Shown here: piece after piece, positions 43,391-55,177 of the stretch
How positions within the stretch are numbered: the first letter of the stretch is position 1
Layout of the letters: the number at the start of each line of letters is the position of its first letter
Source: Utricularia gibba
Taxonomy: Eukaryota > Plantae > Magnoliophyta
Assembly: GCA_002189035.1 (NCBI GenBank)
Contig: NEEC01000004.1
Location: 4,588,001-4,652,000 of the forward strand
Direction: 5' to 3'
DNA: 64,000 bases
Translations under genes and position numbers: made by a program
The notes under the pieces: model-generated
Seen by the model: the letters and a program-made list of their open reading frames with translations, nothing else
Told to the model about the DNA's origin: nothing
Database searches by the model: none

Positions 43391-44395
43391 AATACATTTG
43401 ACGGTTGAGATTTTCCCACGACAGATATGCAGATCGCTGCTGCATCAATAGTTGTACCTTGCCCATCTACGTTTGTGCCCAACTGCACTGCGTGATCGGC
43501 AAAGCAGGGGAAGAATGTCAACATGTGGAAGAGGCCGCTTCGCGTTGCGGCGGAACTCTCATCCGACTGCTTTGTGTGCTGCTGCTTCTTATTTTGATAT
43601 ATCTTATTCCTGTTGAATTGGCGCCGGAAAAAAAATCTCTCTTTTTCACTGATGTTCGATTCTCAGTGCTCCAAGCGATGTTGAGGTTAAATTTTGGATG
43701 CTTGCTCGTGAAAATTCGTGACCATTTCTGCTCCCAGCGGAAGTTTTCGGAAGATTTTTGGTCTTGGAATTGTGGGGCGGATGTTGAATGTGCGACGGTA
43801 TTTCTATTCTCCGCGGCCTGTAGCGGCGCCAAACAGGCTGAGGAGTGCCAGCGATTATTTACAAATGTTCTGCCTGTTAGTGTTTTTTTGCTCTTCGTTT
43901 GATTAATCTTCTTGTTGGGATTCATTGAACGATGCTAGGAACTGCGGCTGCTGATTGCTTGCTATATGTTTGAATTCGTTTAAAAAGGTCATACTGGGAA
44001 GTCTGGAAAACATTAGTGAGGATTCGTATTCAAGAAAGCTTGTTGAACTGGTATGCTGTTGATCATGTGGTATCGATGATTCAAGGTTTTTTTTTTTTTG
44101 TAATTTAGGAGGAGGGAGCATGAAATGGAGTTGGAAGACTTTAAGAAGATGAGTGACAACCGGCAAAAGAAACAATGTCATGATGAATTTCAACCAAAAT
44201 CTCGGGTTAGTACGGGTTTTTATGTGATCGATTTCATTCACTGCAATATCATTCCTGACGTTGCTGCTCTTTTTCGCTTAGAGGGGAAGGGATACACCTT
44301 ATCCATATCATCTTCTTCATTCTCGCATCTGCTGTAAAGCTCCCAGTGCTTCCCCATCAATCATCAATCTTGGGTATCATCCCTTTTCAACTCTA

Positions 44396-46965
44396 GTGCA
44401 TCAAGTTTGCCAAATATTGTCGAATCCAAGAGTTCCATTGGAACAAATTTCTGAGCTCCGAGCACTGACTCGGAAGCTTGAACCTTTTCATGTTTCCAAG
44501 ATCATTGAAGCACATCCTAATGCTGAATCTGCTCTCCGTTTCTTCTACTGGATTTCCAAGATGAGCTCCTATAAGCATAGTATGAGCTGTTACATTTCTA
44601 TGTTAAAAAGGCTTGTTGCAGATAAGGAATTTTCGCCTGCTGACCACGTGATGATCCTCATGATTAAATCTTGTGAAGATAAAAGTCAGATAGAAATGGT
44701 TCTAGATTTTGTGAATGAGATCCGTCATCTGGGTCTGGCTTTTAGTCTCTATAGTTTTAATACTCTGTTGATCCAACTGGGAAGGTTTAAAATGGTGTCT
44801 GAATCCAAGAATGCCTATAAGCAATTCTTGAGCAGTGGTGTTCCCCCAGCCTGTTGACCTGTAGTATCATGATTGACATACTATGCAACTGTGGACAGGT
44901 TGAAGAAGCCGAAGTTGTATTTGCACAAATACATCAGCAGCAAATGTCTCCTGATGTGTTCACATACACTTGTATGATTCGTGGCCATTGCAGAAACGGT
45001 AACTTGGTTAAAGCAACCAACATTTTTTATGATATGGCTTTGAAAGGGATTCACCGGAGTTCGGCAACATACACTACTCTGATTAATGGTTTGTGTAATG
45101 GGGGAAGGGTGGATGAGGGTTTGTGTTTGATTTACAAAATGATTCAGACTGGTGTGGAACCTACACATCGGACATACACAGTTCCAATTACGAGATTATT
45201 TGACTTGGGCCGCACAGAGCAGGCAGTATCTCTTGTATTAAGCATGAGAGAAAGGGGTTTGCAGCCCAATGCACATACCTACACAGCGCTGATTAGTGGG
45301 TTGGCAAAATCTAACCAACTCGAGGTTGCAGTAGGGTTGTACCACAGGATGCTGAAAGATGGTGTCATGCCAACAACAGTCACATATAATTCTCTGATAA
45401 ATGAGTTCTGTGAAATTGGAAAATTAGAGTCTGGTTATAGACTATTTCTGTGTACTCATAACCGCAAGTGGTCTGGAACTGAAACTTATAATATAATGAT
45501 AAAGGGATTTTGTGCTTTTGGAAATGTTGATAGAGCAATGATTCTTTTTGATGAAATGTTGAAGCTAGGCCCTTCCCCAAATACTGTCACTTACAACACA
45601 TTGATCAAGGGATATATCAAACGTGGCAACCTTGATAATGCCCAGAGACTGATGGAGATGATGAAGGAAAGTGGATGTGAACCTGATGAATGCACATATA
45701 CAGAGCTTATTTCAGGGTTTTGTGGTAGCAATAGAGTTGGCATGGCTTCTGCACTATTGAAGGAAATGAAAATGCGAGGATTAGAACCAAATTCGGTTCA
45801 TCACACTGCTATGGTTGATGGCCTATCCAAGGAAGGTAGATTTGATGATGCATTAAGTTTGCTACGTGAGATACAAAACATGGGTTTCTCTTCAACTCTT
45901 GAGGCTTTCAATGCCATACTTAATGGTTTTTGTAAAAAGGGTATGCTTTCTGAAGCAGAAAAGACATTCAATGAGATGATAGAAAGTGGGTTGCTTCCTA
46001 ACACGATTACATACACTACATTAATTGAAGGTCTTTGTAAGAATGGTGGGACAGATCTTGCTTTCAAGATTTTCAATGAAATGGAGAAAAGAAATTGCTC
46101 ACCTAACTTGTATACTTATAGTACTTTGATACATGGTCTCTGTAAGGAACGGAGGGCTTCTGATGCACAGAACTTGCTTGAAGAAATGCTGGAAAAGGGG
46201 TTATATCCAGATAAAGTCACCTATACATCTCTAATAGACGGATTCGTATCAATAGGTAAGTTGGATCATGCATTTTTACTGGTTCACCAGATGATAAACA
46301 CAGGTTGCCAACCAAATTACCGTACCTATTCTGTCTTGTTGAAGGGGCTGCAAAGGGAATCCCAGGTGGTAGTTGAAAAAGTAGCCACACAGAATGCATC
46401 TTTTGATAATGATGCTTCAGATGCAAAGGATATTACCTTTGACACTTTCTGCAATCTATTGGATCGGATGTCTGAAATTGGTTGTGAGCCTTCTTGTGAA
46501 ACGTATAACATCTTAGTTTCTCATCTTTGTCATCAAGGAAGAAGCAGCGATGCAGATATGTTAGTAAAATTCATGAAGGAAAAGGGGGTAAATCCTAATG
46601 AGAGTATATATTGCAATCTCCTCCGTGCTTACTGCAAGAGTCTTAGAGTAGAATCTGCCTTGAGTATGCTTAATATCCTGAATGCGAGAGATTTCAAGCC
46701 TCCCTTAACCGTTTATACTGAAATTATATGTGCACTCTCTAAAATCAAAATGCACGAAGAAGCCAAGTTAGTTTTTGAGTCCATGCTTGATGAACAATGG
46801 AATGGTGACGAGATTGTCTGGACTGTCTTGATTGATGGCCTTCTCAAGAATGGAGAATCAGAGATGTGCTTAAATTTTCTCCGAACCATGATCTCAAAGA
46901 AAATTGGCATTACAAAATCAGCATCCTCAATGCTGGCAACGGAATGGGCAAACATACATAAATAG
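44396..46965 (+). CDS. P-class pentatricopeptide repeat protein (about 18-20 repeats); apparent -1 frameshift at 44843-44847; true start codon unresolved
   Basis: Tandem 35-aa repeats (PDVFTYTCMIRGHCRNG, PNTVTYNTLIKGY, PNTITYTTLIEGLCKNG, PNLYTYSTLIHGLCKE and others) with no E/DYW domain. ORFs 44396-44857 and 44854-46965 join if one C is added. Confidence 0.9.
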
Positions 46966-48473
46966 TGAAAGCTTTGACACAGATATACTGTGACAAATCA
47001 GAGTTTGCCACCGTATTTCAGAGAACTCCCTCCGTAGCTTTACTGAACCATGGTGGTTGTGATTTTGGGTTTCGTGTTTTCAAGGCTGTGAAAGCTCCAT
47101 GCAGAACTTTTATTGTGATGCAATACTCCAAGGTGGAACTAGCAAAAGGCATTGAATGCGATTTTGTGGCACTAAGAGCCGTCCTGTTTTGGTTGCCGAG
47201 GTACTCTATTGAGGTTTACCCATTTGTTCTTGTTTTCTTCTTTGTCATATTATAAGAAGTTTCAGATCCATTTTAGCAGATTCCAGATGTGCATGGATAG
47301 CTTGCTTCTATGTGGAAAAATGAACGTATATTGAGTAACCCAAAAAACTGGATGTTTTTTTTGTATCTTATTTATTCAATCAAGACGTTACCACTGCTTC
47401 GTATGGTTGCTTTAACAGCAGATGGGGCCTGGGTAGCTGCGTTATTGCGTACAGTCTCAAAAATACTCTTTGATCAACTTCATTTTTAATGCTCACCTGG
47501 ACTTTTCTGCTATGTTCCCCTTTTCTCAAGTTGTATCTGTTATGAACATAAGTCATATTCCTTGCTTGCAGGCTGGATTGTGCGGTGGGGGGATAGGATA
47601 CCACTTCAAATAGCTGCAATCCTCCGGAAGACAGGCATTGGTGGAATCATGGGAAGTGGTTTTACGGTTTTCATATCCGCCATGAACTGCATTCACTCAT
47701 TGCGAGATTCAGCCGCATCATAAGACAGAAGTTCCCAGCACAAAGATGTGAAGGGGGTTCCCTTCCTTTTTTCTGCCAGGTTAACAAAAGATGTCACTCC
47801 CCTCTGATGAAAACTAGCATATGGATGTATGGCTTGGTGAAGCTCCAGTCTAAATTTTTTTATTCTTTATTTGTACATGGAGCCAATGAAAGAAATCATA
47901 CTGATGACAGTTATCAGTTCCTTTACATCTGAAGATGAAGGCTGTGGCAATATACAGAGCTTGATTTTAGTCATTCATCATCACGTGTGGTCTAAAGTAA
48001 TGCAACAATGGGTTTCTGGATTTGATTGGTCGGTGGGGGCAAAGAAGTCACTGAAACGTCTGAGTCAATTCACATCTCCTCAACACCCTGTCATCCTTAT
48101 CTGTTAGGACGTGAAGTATCATAAAAATATTGACTTTGATTTAGAATTGCAGGCAAAATAGGAAGGCAGTTTGCTGTGTAAAAGGGCTGATCGAAGTCCA
48201 GGATGGCAAAATTTTGACAGGGACAAGCATCATGAACCTTCCCATTTGTCACTATTGTCTGTTTTTACTTGTTATCCATATTTGACGGCGGCTTCGTGAT
48301 CCGGTCTGAGTTTGTGATGATCCGGTTTCTCCTGCTGAGTTTATCCGTTAAATTCTGAGTCTTTGCCTGTCTGGATGAATCGGGAAACAGAGAATCAAGC
48401 AATTATAGTATTGTAAAAAGCCCAGATTTTTTTGGGTTGCCCTGGAGTTGGGGTTTTCGTTTTGTGTAGAGAA

Positions 48474-50058
48474 ATGGTTCAGCTTGGGTTGAAATCGAGA
48501 TCTCACAGGGTCGTGCAGGACAGCTCCGTGGTGATACAAAAACCCAATCTTGTGACTGGAAAAGTTAGCGGCGATGAGGATGAAAGAATCGGGTGTTACT
48601 GGAATAGCTTGCCCCCGGAACTGTTGAGGGAAATTTTGTTGAAAGTGGACGAATCGGGATCGAAATGGCCGGTAAGGAAGAGCGTGGTGGCGTGTGCAGG
48701 TGTCTGTAGAAATTGGAGGAAAGTGATGAAGGAAATCGTTTCAACTCCTGAACTTTCTGGGAAACTTACTTTCCCAATTTCGATTAAGCAGGTATTCATT
48801 TTCTAGGGTTTTGCTTCCCTCTTCTAGATGCTCGTCATGCTCAGTTTGTCTGTTTCGTTGCTGCTGTTTGCAGCCTGGACCGAGAGACTCTCTTCTCCAA
48901 TGCTTTATAAAACGGAATCGCTCTACTCAGATGTATTATCTTTTTGCTAGTTGTAGCCAAGGTGCGTGATGTTTTGAAATCGCCTCTGATTGCTCCCTGT
49001 CGCAGAATCCGTATTGTTTTTATGCGGAAAACTGCTCCATAGCTTGACAATTGGCTGAATATTAGATTCTGACTTGCTCCTCATCTTCTTGAACTGGCGG
49101 CCTCTGAAGTTTTGCTTTGGCTTTCTGCAGCGCTTGCTGATGATGGGAAGCTTCTCCTTTCAGCCCGGAGATGCAAGCGGCCGACGTGTACAGATTACAT
49201 GATTCATCTACATCCAAATGGTACTTCAAAGGGTGGTGACTCTTACATAGGAAAGCTCAGGTGAGTCTCTCATCGCAGTCTGGCACTGGAGATACCTCTG
49301 AACATCATCTCCTTCATTGCTAGGTCGAATTTCCTTGGGAGAAAGTTTGTAGTTTATGATGCGCTTCCTCCATATTCCGGAGTTAAAATTCCAAAAAGCC
49401 GATCCACAAGGCCAGATGTCTATGATGAATCTGCACCTCCTAAGGTTCCTATGGGGAACTACCCGGTTGCTCACATCTCCTATGAGCTGAATGTCCTGGA
49501 AGCTCGGTAAAATCATCATCATCTGCTACTTTATATCTATTATCATTGTTCTGTTCATACAATGCATGCCTTCTTTAAAGCAGGGGGCCAAGAAGATTGC
49601 AATGTGTGATGGATGCCATTCCGGATTCCTCCATAAGGCCTGGAGGTGTAGCTCCTACACAAACACACCTCCCCATCACAGGCCACACTTCTCCCGCTTT
49701 TCCCTTTTTCCGGGGCGGATCAATTTACTTCGACAAATCGCCATTCCGTCCTTCTACCCACCACACAGACAACAACAAGTCTCTTTTTCTAAGAAACAAG
49801 CCTCCCAGATGGCATGACCAGTTTCAGTGCTGGTGCCTGAACTTCCACGGCCGAGTCACTGTCGCCTCCGTGAAAAACTTTCAGCTTGTTGCTTGTCCAG
49901 GAGATGGAGAACCCGGACCGGAGCATGAGAAGGTGATTCTTCAGTTTGGTAAAGTTGGGAAGGATGTGTTCACAATGGACTACAGGTATCCCATATCTGC
50001 TTTCCAGGCTTTTGCTATTTGCCTTAGCAGCTTCGACACGAAGATTGCTTGTGAATGA
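48474..50058 (+). CDS. Tubby-like F-box protein (TLP3/9/11 clade), 5 exons
   Basis: [11 protein letters not shown]-box [13 protein letters not shown]...[92 protein letters not shown]. Confidence 0.94.
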
Positions 50059-50462
50059 TGGCGTATTGCTGTGATTGTGGAGTGCTTGCTGCCGGAGAGT
50101 TGTACATGTTATGTGCATGCATGATGTAGTGTTCCATGTCCATTGTAAGAACGAGAGGCTGGAATTGCCCGTGTGAGAATAAGGGCGAAATTGTAATTTC
50201 AAGAGTGTGAAAGTTGATCATTTTAGGCCCTTCGAGTTCCTGGGCTGTGGTTTGTACCAGAGCTTGGGCCCAATATTTGCATAGCGGGGTAGAATGGTCA
50301 ATTCACATGTCGAATCAGCGGCGGATTATTTTCGCGACGTGGCTTGATTTCATTGGGGGGTTGGAAACGGTAACCGCTTAGTCGCCTACACGCTGCAACC
50401 AGATAGAAAACCCAATGAGGATCAATTCAAGAAATCATGGTGGCTCATCAGATTCTTGAGAG

Positions 50463-52461
50463 ATGAGCTGTGCAAGAATCAGTTTGATTTTCTCTGACCT
50501 CGGATTGCGTTCTCCGAAGCGTGGTTCTTCTGCTGCTGCATTTTCTTGTTCATCTTCTTTCTCATCTTTCAGAAGCTTCGGCTCGCCGGCATCGCGTTGC
50601 ACCGGGGGGTCTGGATGGCGGCTCCGGTTCCCTTGAAAGACAATGCTTTGTCCGCACTTGGTAATAAGCGCATTTCCGCTTCCCTCGCTCCTTTTCATCC
50701 GCCATGTATTAGTTAACAGACCTGACTTGTGGTTCTGTCGATGAAAGCAAAGTATTTGTTCAGTTAATGCGTTATGTGACTGCGCTCTTGTTTTGAAGGT
50801 TCTTCTGAAAACGAAGTGCAGTCTTCTTCTGTTGAGAAAGTTGGAACTAATGACTTACTGATTGTCGGGCCAGGAGTTCTGGGGCGTATTGTGGCTGAGC
50901 AATGGAGAGAGGTAGTTACTATTCTGTTAAATAAGTGATTATTTAAGTTTACATTTAGCACTTCACGTATGGGTTCAAGATGTGACACTCACTTAACCGC
51001 TGTATGTAGTTAGAAATATCATGTGATTTTTCTGGGAGAGGCTGATTATTGTGAAAGTTATTATGCAGTTACATTCGGGATGCCAAGTATACGGGCAAAC
51101 GCTGACAACTGATCATCATGATGAATTAGTGAATATAGGTATCAGACCGTTTCTAAAGGGAAAATTGCCAACACGTGCATTCCCTTATGTTATCTTCTGT
51201 GCTCCTCCCAGTGGAAACTCTGATTACCAAGCTGAAGTTAGGTATGCATGGGTCATGAAGTAGATTGCGGCTCCCTAAAAATTAGGACTTGAACTGAGTT
51301 TAAAGTGATTTGTCTATCTATCCAAGAGTCTAAGAGTCATTTAAGTTACATACTGATGATACAAACAGGGATGCCACTTTATATTGGAGCGGCGAAGGTT
51401 CTTTTGTTTTTACATCAAGCTCAGCTCCATATGACCGCAGTGATAATGGCTTGTGTGATGAGGTATGTATCCACAGTGTACCAACTACACTTGTAAGTGA
51501 TGTTGTTTTCGTTTTTACTACTCCACGGACGGTATTAAGTTTGAAAGTATCTAACTCAAAAACGATGCTTATTACTTTTTAGTCGGCCAGCCTTTATTTC
51601 TGTATTCATGTTGAAATTCTATTGCTAATCAACGGTGAGCTCCCCTAGGACACTCCGGACGTACCAATTGGGAGAAGCCCTAGGACTGACAAACTACTGA
51701 CGGCAGAGAAAATAGTGCTGGATGCTGGTGGTTGCATCATAAGACTGGCTGGACTTTATATATCCTTTTTGAGTGTTGTGAGGTATTCTAATGTCTAACG
51801 TTGGATTGAGTGGTGAACGTGTAACCTTAACATGCAATACAAAGTAGATAGAGGTGCTCACACATACTGGTTGGAGAAAGGGACTCTAGACATTGGACCA
51901 GATCATATTCTTAATCTAATCCATTATGAGGTTATTACTAATCGCATCTCATGTCAAATTCAGCCTTTTTTCTAGAGAAGCAAACAAGGAGCATTATTTT
52001 CTAAATGTACTTCCATTTGCTACAGGATGCAGCTTCAATTTCGGTTGCTGTCTTGCAAAAGAAACATCGTGGCAGGATTTTTCTTGGCTGCGATAACCAC
52101 CCTCTATCGAGGTTTTGGCTCAACCTGCTAGATAGTTAGATTCCTCGTTATAGTCTTTCACGTAAGGCAGCTTAGTTGTTCCTTTTATTTCGTTTCCTCT
52201 TTTAATCTTCCCAGACAGGAGATCATGGATTTGGTTAACGAGAGCGGCAAATACGAAAAGAAATTCAAGGGATTTACAGGTTACTTTGGTTTGGTTGTGC
52301 ATTACATACTGCTTTTCGATGAACAGATCTAATAGAGAGCATGCTGTGTTTCAGGAGCATCGGACCCTTTCGGAAAAAAATTGAATAACACCAAAACACG
52401 TAGAGAACTGGGTTGGGAGCCCAAGTATGCTAGCTTGGCTGAGTTCCTTAGGACTCTCTAG
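50463..52461 (+). CDS. Plastid-targeted NAD(P)-binding Rossmann-fold protein (At2g39080-like), 9 exons including a U12 AT-AC intron; probable -1 frameshift in the transit peptide
   Basis: NDLLIVGPGVLGRIVAEQW, VIFCAPP, FTSSSAPY, IRLAGLY|KVDRGAHTYW, LNLIHYEDAAS, FLGCDNHPLSR, LGWEPKY. Confidence 0.88.
51760..51840 (+). other. U12-type (minor spliceosome) AT-AC intron, 81 nt
   Basis: 5' end ATATCCTTT, branch site CCTTAAC at 51825-51831, 3' end AC. Removing it joins LAGLY to KVDRGAH in frame. Confidence 0.9.
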
Positions 52462-52968
52462 CGATACAGAACATAAATCGAACCAAATTCATCGCAGGTA
52501 AAGACATGTTTCTTCTAATATCTGAAACCATGATTGTACACCTTTCTTCTAATACATTGAAAAACTTTCAACATGCGAGCCTCATGAAAGTAGTCCAACA
52601 AGATTTGTGGTGCTTATGATTGCTGGATATGTGGTATTTAGATTTTTCATTCATCTACCCCGGTTTAGTGTTTTGACGAACAGAAACGAAATGGAAAATT
52701 TATTGTTTGGATGTAATACCGAATTTGAATCCATGGCTAATGCCTTCATAAAGTGTTGACTTTGGGGGCGTGAAGGGGGAATGTATAACTTAAGGGAATG
52801 TCTACTTGAGTGAGTAGACTTTTTCGTGATTGCGCACCCCCTAGTTGAATGGTCTTCTCTGTTAGTCTGCTTGCACTCCATCGTTGATATATTTATAGTT
52901 CAACTTGTCTTCTCTCCATCCCTGTCAACGAAAAAGAGCCTCAGCCTTTCTTCACAAGGTCTTCGTCA

Positions 52969-53175
52969 ATGGGGAAGAATTGCTGCTGCTCAACAGATGA
53001 TGATGGACTCGGCATAGCTGGATTCCTGTTGGCCCTCTTTGTAGCTCTTGTGCTTCTAGCTCTGTGCGCTCCGGCGCCCCGCCGCCGTGCTGTGTACATC
53101 TTCCCGTACCTTTTATCAATACATTCCCTTGGATTAGTCCCGCTTGCTCTGTGTTCTCCTCCCGGATTCTTCTGA
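52969..53175 (+). CDS. Small single-pass membrane protein (up to 68 aa) with MGKNCCC N-terminus; C-terminus uncertain
   Basis: MGKNCCCSTDDDG, then about 20 hydrophobic residues (LGIAGFLLALFVALVLLALC), then APAPRRR positive-inside cluster. It is preceded by a CT-rich leader and sits in a GC-rich context. Confidence 0.6.
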   Translation: MGKNCCCSTDDDGLGIAGFLLALFVALVLLALCAPAPRRRAVYIFPYLLSIHSLGLVPLALCSPPGFF

Positions 53176-53558
53176 TTTTTTGCATGTTTCCCTGTTGGGG
53201 GATTATGATGATGGATGTTTCTTGGATTTGATATGTTGTTACATGTTACCAGACAGTTATGCCCAATATTTACAGCCATGGGAGAGTCAAAAAATACAAC
53301 TGTATAGAGGAGAAAAAAGATGAAAGCATGGTGATGGGCTTTCAAGCTAAGATTTTGAATGGGTTGTTTGGACCAGTCGAATGAATGCCAACCGTTGATT
53401 TGGGATGCTGATATGATCCGATAAGCCCCGCTCGATTCTTCCACTCGTCTCCATCCTCTGATCTTGCTATCTTTAACGCCAGGATTTCTACTGCTCTTTT
53501 CTGTAGCTTCGAATCTTTGTTCGTAGGCACTCACGACCTGAGACTCGAAGCGAGAAAA

Positions 53559-54806
53559 ATGGCCGCTTGCGCGTCCTTCAACTGCAGCCCCGTCAAGTTG
53601 GATGGACATTGCGATGAGAGGTTTTCTGCATCTTTTTTGATTAGTTCTGTTCAGATTAGTACGCTTCCTTATGCTGCTCCTCTTCCCATTGTGCGCCCGC
53701 TTTCGTGTAAGAGAGTGACAAGGTTGAATTGTGCGGTTGCTTCAGCTGCTCCGGTAGTAGAAGCTCCGGTTGACTCTTTCAGAAGCAGGAAACCGAAAGA
53801 TGTTAATGTTTTAGTCGTGGGTTCAACTGGTTATATTGGGAAATTTGTGGTTCAAGAGCTGGTTAAAAGAGGGTATAATGTTATAGCAGTTGCGAGGGAA
53901 AGAAGTGGGATAAGAGGCAAGAACAGTAAGGAGAAAACATTGGAATTGCTAAGTGGTGCGCGTGTGTGCTTTTCAGATGTCACGAAGCTTGATTGTCTGG
54001 ATAAAAGCATTGAGAATCTTGGTTTGAATATTGATGTTGTTGTCTCTTGTCTTGCCAGTAGGAATGGCGGAGTAAAGGACTCATGGCTGATAGATTATGA
54101 AGCAACCAAGAACAGTTTAATTGCTGGTAGAAAGTTTGGAGCTTCACATTTTGTTCTTCTCTCAGCAATCTGTGTCCAGAAACCCCTTCTTGAATTCCAA
54201 CGGGCGAAGCTGAAACTCGAAGACGAGCTAATCAGAGAAGCCAAGAATGACAGTGGATTCACTTACAGTATTGTTAGGCCTACAGCATTCTTCAAGAGCT
54301 TAGCTGGCCAAGTCGAGTTAGTGAAGGATGGAAAGCCTTATGTCATGTTTGGAGATGGAAAACTATGTGCTTGTAAGCCGATAAGCGAGTCGGATTTAGC
54401 TTCCTTCATGGCCGACTGTGTGATGAACAATGATCTTGTCAACAAAATTTTACCAATAGGTGGACCAGGGAAGGCATTGACTCCATTGGAACAAGGGGAA
54501 ATGCTTTTCAGGCTTGCTGGCAAAGAGGCCAAGTTTCTCAAAGTTCCCATCCAAATAATGGATTTTGCGATCTCAGTTACAGATTTCATTGCAAAAATAT
54601 TTCCGGGTTTTGAAGATTTCGCCGAGTTTGGGAAGATAGGAAGGTATTATGCAGCAGAAAGCATGCTGGTTCTGGATCCAGAGACAGGGGAATACGATGC
54701 TGATAAAACTCCCTCTTATGGAAAGGATACGTTGGAGGAATTCTTCATTAGAGTGCTTGAGCAAGGCATGGAAGGCCAAGAACTGGGAGAACAGATGATT
54801 ATTTGA
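53559..54806 (+). CDS. DVR: Divinyl chlorophyllide a 8-vinyl reductase, chloroplastic, single exon
   Basis: Transit peptide, [83 protein letters not shown]. Confidence 0.95.
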   Translation: MAACASFNCSPVKLDGHCDERFSASFLISSVQISTLPYAAPLPIVRPLSCKRVTRLNCAVASAAPVVEAPVDSFRSRKPKDVNVLVVGSTGYIGKFVVQELVKRGYNVIAVARERSGIRGKNSKEKTLELLSGARVCFSDVTKLDCLDKSIENLGLNIDVVVSCLASRNGGVKDSWLIDYEATKNSLIAGRKFGASHFVLLSAICVQKPLLEFQRAKLKLEDELIREAKNDSGFTYSIVRPTAFFKSLAGQVELVKDGKPYVMFGDGKLCACKPISESDLASFMADCVMNNDLVNKILPIGGPGKALTPLEQGEMLFRLAGKEAKFLKVPIQIMDFAISVTDFIAKIFPGFEDFAEFGKIGRYYAAESMLVLDPETGEYDADKTPSYGKDTLEEFFIRVLEQGMEGQELGEQMII

Positions 54807-55177
54807 CCATTTTTTCTTTGTTAATAGATGATGATCTTCAGATTGAGCACAACCTCTATTTCTAAGGATATGGACTACGAACTTGTTACTAGGCTACGTA
54901 TATATTATCCTTTCACGTTTATTTCTAAATGTTTTTTGAATCTTCAAAGTGGTTAGCTGCGCCATGCACAACTCTCTTCTGTTGTTACTCTTGAATCTTG
55001 AAAGTGTGACCTGTATTTCATTTTCAGTGCTCTGGGCTCTAAAGCTTAGAGATATAGACATGAATTCTCCATTGTTGTTTGGATAAGATGATTGCTTCTG
55101 GTAGTATATATGCATCAATCTCAAGTAATGGGTAATATCAAAGCAATCTTTTCCAAATGAGAAGAATGAAATTCTGA

